NCBI RefSeq assembly: GCF_006345805.1
Contig: NC_043016.1
Location: 20,336,001 to 20,400,000 of the forward strand
Direction: 5' to 3'
Length of the DNA: 64,000 nt
Origin: Octopus sinensis
Taxonomy: Eukaryota
Position 1 is the first letter of the stretch, and the number at the start of each line of letters is the position of its first letter. The notes below the pieces were generated by a model. It ran no database searches. It was not told the origin of the DNA and saw only the letters and a program-made list of their open reading frames with translations. The translations under genes were made by a program, and so were the position numbers. This document shows positions 62,200 through 64,000 of the stretch, piece by piece.

Positions 62200-64000
62200 C
62201 CTGATTCACAATCTCAGAGCTACTACAATCAACACTAGCACAAGGTAGGTCAGGTGAGATCATTGAAATGCTTGAGCAGAGGTATGTAAATGTGTGCAAT
62301 GGAGGAGAACCTCAGTTAGCCTGCTCACCAGCAAGAAGCATAGATACAAGTTCTTCTGAGTGGGCAGCAATGATGGCATAGGTATTCTTTTGGCAGAGGA
62401 ATGGATGGATAAGGTGAGTGAGGTAGAAAGGGTGCTTGATAGAATTATTAAGCTAAGATTAGTCCTGGTCACAGAAACGATGAGAGAAAGGTTGCTGGAG
62501 TTTTGTGATGTAAATGACTTAATAGTTTGCAACACTAACTTCAGGAAACCTAACTGCCACCTTATCACTTGTCAATCTGATGGGCATACTAGGCAGATTG
62601 ACTACATCTTCACCAGAAACAGGGACATGCGGATTTTCATGAATGCAAAGTCTTTCCCAGTTGAAGAATGTACAACTCAACATAGGTTACTGGTTAGCAA
62701 TTTCAGACATAGAGATAAAAGCATCCAGTGGCACAAATCAATATGGAAAGGAGATAATGAAAGCTTACAGATCTTGCAAGTTGCTAGAAATTTAGAGATG
62801 TCCTTATGAAGCCTTTGATGAGAAGGGGGAAGAGATGGAAATATATGACATAGAGGACAATTAAAAGTTCTTAGGGGACAATCTACTGAGGGTGAAAAAC
62901 CAAAGGTGACCTGGTGCTGGAACACTGAGGTCAATAGGGCTATAAAAGAGAAAAGAGGGGTTTGGAAAGAGTGGAAGAGTGGATGTAGCAAAAACAACAT
63001 ATCAGATAGCTATAAGAGAAGCTAGACATCAGCTGTATCTAGCTATGGCAGAAGGAGGAAAGAAGAGGTTTGCCAGTGTCTTACAGCAGGAATATCAGAG
63101 ACTTGAGGTGTTCCAGATTGCTAGGCAGTATGTTAGAGAGAATCAAAATGTTCTGGGAGACAAGTGTGTAAGAACAGATAACAGTATGCTTGCTTTTCGT
63201 GATCCTGAAAAGAAAGAGGAGTGGAGGAGTGGAAGAGCTACCTTGAAAGGCTATTAAATGTGGAGAATGAATGGGAGAAAGAGAATCTCCCTCATATGAA
63301 CCCAACAGCGGGACCAGCTATCCTAGTTGACAGCAGCATGGTAGATAAGGGAATTAAACATATGAAGACAGGGAAGGCCCCTGGTCCATTAAGAGTCACA
63401 GTTGAGATGCCTTAGATACAGTCTAGTCACCTGCATAGTTAGCTAGATTATTCCGGAAGGTATAATCCCAAGTCACTGGCATAGCAGCATCATAGTCAGC
63501 TGCTATAAGGGCAAGGAAGACGCCTTAGCTAGAAGTAATTACAGAGGCATCAAATTGCTGGACCAGGTGGTGAGAGTTGTGATGAGTGTTATAGCCCAGT
63601 TAATTAGGAACAGAATTTGACTAGATGAAATGCAGTTTGGCTTTGTCCAAATAGAAGCACCACTGCAGCAGAAGTTTCACTAAGAATAAGCAGTTGCACT
63701 TGGTATTTGTTGGTCTAAAGAAAGCCTTCCACAGAGTGCCTCACTCTGTGATGTGGTGGTCATTGAGGAAGCTTGAGGTAGACAAGTGGCTTGTTAAAGT
63801 CATACAAGCCATTTACAGAGAGGCTGTTAGTTAGGTAAGAGTTATCCATGGGTACAGTGATGAAATTAGTGTACAGGTAGGTGTTCACTAAGGCTTGCTC
63901 CTCAGCTCTCTTCTATTCATCATCATCCTCCTCCAGGCCATAATCAAGAAATTTAAGACTACAAGCCAAAGGGAACTACTATATGCTCATGATCTGACCC
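62200..64000 (+). mobile_element. RTE LINE ORF (endonuclease to RT), continues beyond the window
   Basis: GIGILLAEEW, DRIIKLRL, QIDYIF, TQHRLLV, KAPGP, NYRGIKLL, MQFGF. Confidence 0.92.

Overview
AT-rich (approximately two-thirds A+T, by eye), microsatellite-rich eukaryotic DNA made almost entirely of decayed and nested transposons. The SINE and RTE families match my recollection of octopus repeats, so the source is probably intronic or intergenic Octopus DNA (inferred, not searched). No host protein-coding gene can be supported. Elements present: many RTE LINE fragments, one fairly young CR1/jockey-group LINE, R4/Dong-type fragments, several Penelope-like elements (PLEs), a Mag-like Gypsy 5' half, hAT, mariner, maT/Tc1, piggyBac and Helitron remnants, tRNA-derived SINEs and a 100-N gap. 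The main signal not explained by ORFs is about a dozen intact or degenerate type-I minimal hammerhead ribozyme (HHR) motifs with palindromic stem III. They lie in ORF-less tandem or inverted units, often inside (TA)n tracts. Two loci (22579-23327 and 35921-36428) have the layout of non-LTR retrozymes, and two motifs have a compensatory U3-A8 core. Coordinates were read by eye and the edges of old fragments are approximate.
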